From the NCBI GenBank assembly GCA_034667685.1, contig JAXDQU010000113.1:1-19530 (forward strand): DNA of 19,530 bases, given 5' to 3'. Every line of letters begins with the position of its first letter. The first letter of the stretch is position 1. This document shows positions 17,803 to 19,530 of this stretch, piece by piece. The DNA comes from Thermoplasmata archaeon. GTDB taxonomy: Archaea > Thermoplasmatota > SW-10-69-26 > JACQPN01 > JAJPHT01. The translations under genes and the position numbers were made by a program. The notes below the pieces were generated by a model, which searched no databases, was not told where the DNA came from, and saw only the letters and a program-made list of their open reading frames with translations.

Positions 17803-18069
17803 CTATGGCGCCAGCTTCGTGCAGAGGGTCTGGATGACCTCGGTGCCCAGGACGTAGACGGTGTAGCCGGGCAGGATCTCGCCGGGCTGGCAGTGCTGCT
17901 CGTCGATCTCGTAGAGCGGCGAGCCGCAGGTCGGGCTGCCCCCCGTGAGCGTGCATTGGACCGCGCAGCTTCCTGGGACGTGGATGTTGTCGCAGACCTC
18001 CGCGGACGCGGCGGGGACGAACGCGACGAGCGCGAGGAGGAGCGAGCCGATGGCGAGAATGGTCTTCAT
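17803..18069 (-). CDS. Small secreted Cys-rich peptide A (88 aa, 6 Cys in the mature part)
   Basis: Signal peptide MKTILAIGSLLLALVAFVPAASA; mature EVCDNIHVPGSC...HCQPGEILPGYTVYVLGTEVIQTLCTKLAP. Confidence 0.82.
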   Translation of the reverse strand: MKTILAIGSLLLALVAFVPAASAEVCDNIHVPGSCAVQCTLTGGSPTCGSPLYEIDEQHCQPGEILPGYTVYVLGTEVIQTLCTKLAP

Positions 18070-18123
18070 GCAGCGCGCCGAACGATGGGCCCGGTCATGG
18101 GTTGCGTAGTCGCGCGGTTGCCA
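18070..18123 (-). promoter_or_regulatory. Conserved 54-nt upstream block, copy 2
   Basis: Same TGGCAACCG...CTAnGnAAnCCAnG...TTC...CGCTGC-ATG layout and spacing as 17742..17795. Confidence 0.65.
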
Positions 18124-18131
18124 CCCCCGAG

Positions 18132-18215
18132 CCCGAGCCCGCTTTCGAGCCCTAGCCCGAGCCCTGCTTGCTCACGCGCACAGGGCTCGGGCTCGGGCTC
18201 GAAAGCGGGCTCGGG
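18132..18215. repeat. GAGCCC hexamer-repeat hairpin, 35-bp stem, directly after the nadA stop
   Basis: 18132-18166 is the reverse complement of 18181-18215 at 34/35 positions; 14-nt loop. Confidence 0.92.
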
Positions 18216-18217
18216 TC

Positions 18218-19384
18218 TCAGAGCGCCAGCATGCGCTCGATGGCGAGCTTGCCACCGGCGCGGTCCGCGTCGTCGACCTGGATGCGGTTGACCACGTTGC
18301 CGGCCTCCAGCTCCTCGAGCGTCCAGAGCATGTAGCGCGGGTCGATCTGGCGCATGGCGTTGCAGTCGAGGCAGAGCTCGCCGCAGAGCTGCACGATCGT
18401 CTTGTCGGGGTGCTGCGCGGCGAGGCGCTTGACCATGTGGATCTCGGTGCCGATGGCCAGCGTGCTGCCCGCGGGCTGCTCGGCGACCCACTTCTCGATG
18501 ACCGCTGTGCTGCCCCAGGCGTCCGCGGCCTGCACGACCTCGCGGCGGCACTCGGGGTGGACGATGATCCTCACGTCGGGGTGGTCCGCGCGCATCTGCG
18601 CGACGTGCTCCACCTTGAAGCGCTCGTGGACCTGGCAGAAGCCCTGCCAGAGGATGACCTTGGCGCGCCTGATATCATCCTGCGTGAGCCCGCCGCCGTT
18701 GCCCTTGGGGTCCCACGGGTTCCACCTGACGATCTGGTCGTCCGGGATGCCCAGCCACGTCGCGGTGTTGAGGCCGAGGTACTGGTCGGGCGTGAAGAGG
18801 ACCTTGTCTCCGCGCGCGAAGGCCCACTGCATGGCCTTGATGGAGTTGGCCGACGTGCACACGAGGCCGCCGTTCTCGCCCGTGAAGGCCTTGAGGTCGG
18901 CGTAGCTGTTCATGTACGTCACGGGGACGACGCGCGAGGCGTCGGTCCACTGGCCGATGCGGTCCCACGCGCGGGCCACCTGCACCATCTCGCTCATGCC
19001 GGCCATGGGGCACGAGGCCTCCATGCTGGGCATGACGACGTTGCGCTGGCCGTCGGTGACGAGGTCCGCCGTCTCGGCCATGAACGTGACGCCCGCGAAG
19101 ACGATGTTGCGCGCCTTGGTCTTCTTGGCGAAGACCGAGAGCTGGAAGCTGTCGCCCATCGCGTCGGCGAAGCGCGCGATCTCGTCGCGCTGGTAGTTGT
19201 GGACGAGCAGGCACAAGTCCTCGCCGAGCGCGCGCTTGGCCGCGACGGTCCGGCGCGCGACCGCGGCGTCGTCCAGCGTCTGGTACTCGGCCGGAAGCTC
19301 GGCCAGCGCGCTCATGTGGCGCCACAGCGTCGCCTCGTAGCGCGACTGCCGGGACGCCCGGGTCTCCACGATGGGCAGGGCCAT
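18218..19384 (-). CDS. nadA: Quinolinate synthase
   Basis: HNYQ, GDS, three Fe-S Cys in ASCPMA, GFCQVH and DCNAM, plus TYMNS, CTSAN, PDQYLG, HPEC, GST and GTE. Start taken as ATG 19384. Confidence 0.95.
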   Translation of the reverse strand: MALPIVETRASRQSRYEATLWRHMSALAELPAEYQTLDDAAVARRTVAAKRALGEDLCLLVHNYQRDEIARFADAMGDSFQLSVFAKKTKARNIVFAGVTFMAETADLVTDGQRNVVMPSMEASCPMAGMSEMVQVARAWDRIGQWTDASRVVPVTYMNSYADLKAFTGENGGLVCTSANSIKAMQWAFARGDKVLFTPDQYLGLNTATWLGIPDDQIVRWNPWDPKGNGGGLTQDDIRRAKVILWQGFCQVHERFKVEHVAQMRADHPDVRIIVHPECRREVVQAADAWGSTAVIEKWVAEQPAGSTLAIGTEIHMVKRLAAQHPDKTIVQLCGELCLDCNAMRQIDPRYMLWTLEELEAGNVVNRIQVDDADRAGGKLAIERMLAL

Positions 19385-19416
19385 GCGGGTCTGGGATCGA
19401 GGTAGATTTGTCCCCC

Positions 19417-19424
19417 ACATATAG
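19417..19424 (-). promoter_or_regulatory. Candidate TATA box for nadA
   Basis: CTATATGT on the minus strand, 33-40 nt upstream of ATG 19384. Confidence 0.4.
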
Positions 19425-19479
19425 GCGCTGGCTGGGGTAAGGGCTGCCTGGCTGGAGTGGAAATGCGGCAAGATTTGCC

Positions 19480-19529
19480 GGTATTCCGGATTCGGGGTCT
19501 CGGGGCTCTGGACTCTGGGCTCAGGGCTC
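19480..19529. repeat. Heptamer tandem repeat (NGGRCTC), probably truncated by the window edge
   Basis: GGTATTC CGGATTC GGGGTCTC GGGGCTC TGGACTC TGGGCTC AGGGCTC. Confidence 0.7.
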
Positions 19530-19530
19530 C

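Noticed and set aside
17311-18069. RiPP biosynthetic cluster
   Set aside because: The leaders are ordinary hydrophobic signal peptides ending in AxA, and no radical SAM, YcaO, LanM or peptidase-ABC gene is in the window.

Overview
Very GC-rich, gene-dense chromosomal window, most likely archaeal. The evidence is a Hef helicase-ERCC4 nuclease, aspartate dehydrogenase NadX, archaeal-style wHTH plus small membrane protein pairs, and TATA-like boxes 22-36 nt before start codons. The proteins are not acidic, so a non-halophilic lineage such as Thermoplasmatota is inferred, not proven. Housekeeping content: hef, a hexapeptide-repeat acyltransferase, a MOSC protein, three alpha/beta hydrolases, scattered de novo NAD genes (nadC, nadX, nadA), dps and an EF-Tu domain-II-like protein. 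Most unusual: (1) three small secreted peptides with even cysteine counts and shared, apparently shuffled promoter and mature-peptide modules; (2) a 251-aa miniature NadB/SdhA-like flavoprotein lacking its capping and catalytic segments, in a window that already has NadX; (3) intergenic palindromes built from 6-8 nt tandem repeats, one filling the whole nadC/nadX divergent gap; (4) a REP-doublet-like element with triloop hairpins; (5) three short gene remnants (lipoprotein N-terminus in frame with hef, HTH_10-like helix, peroxiredoxin-like C-terminus). No rRNA, tRNA, CRISPR array, transposase or integrase was seen. All family calls come from motif recognition by eye; no searches were run.
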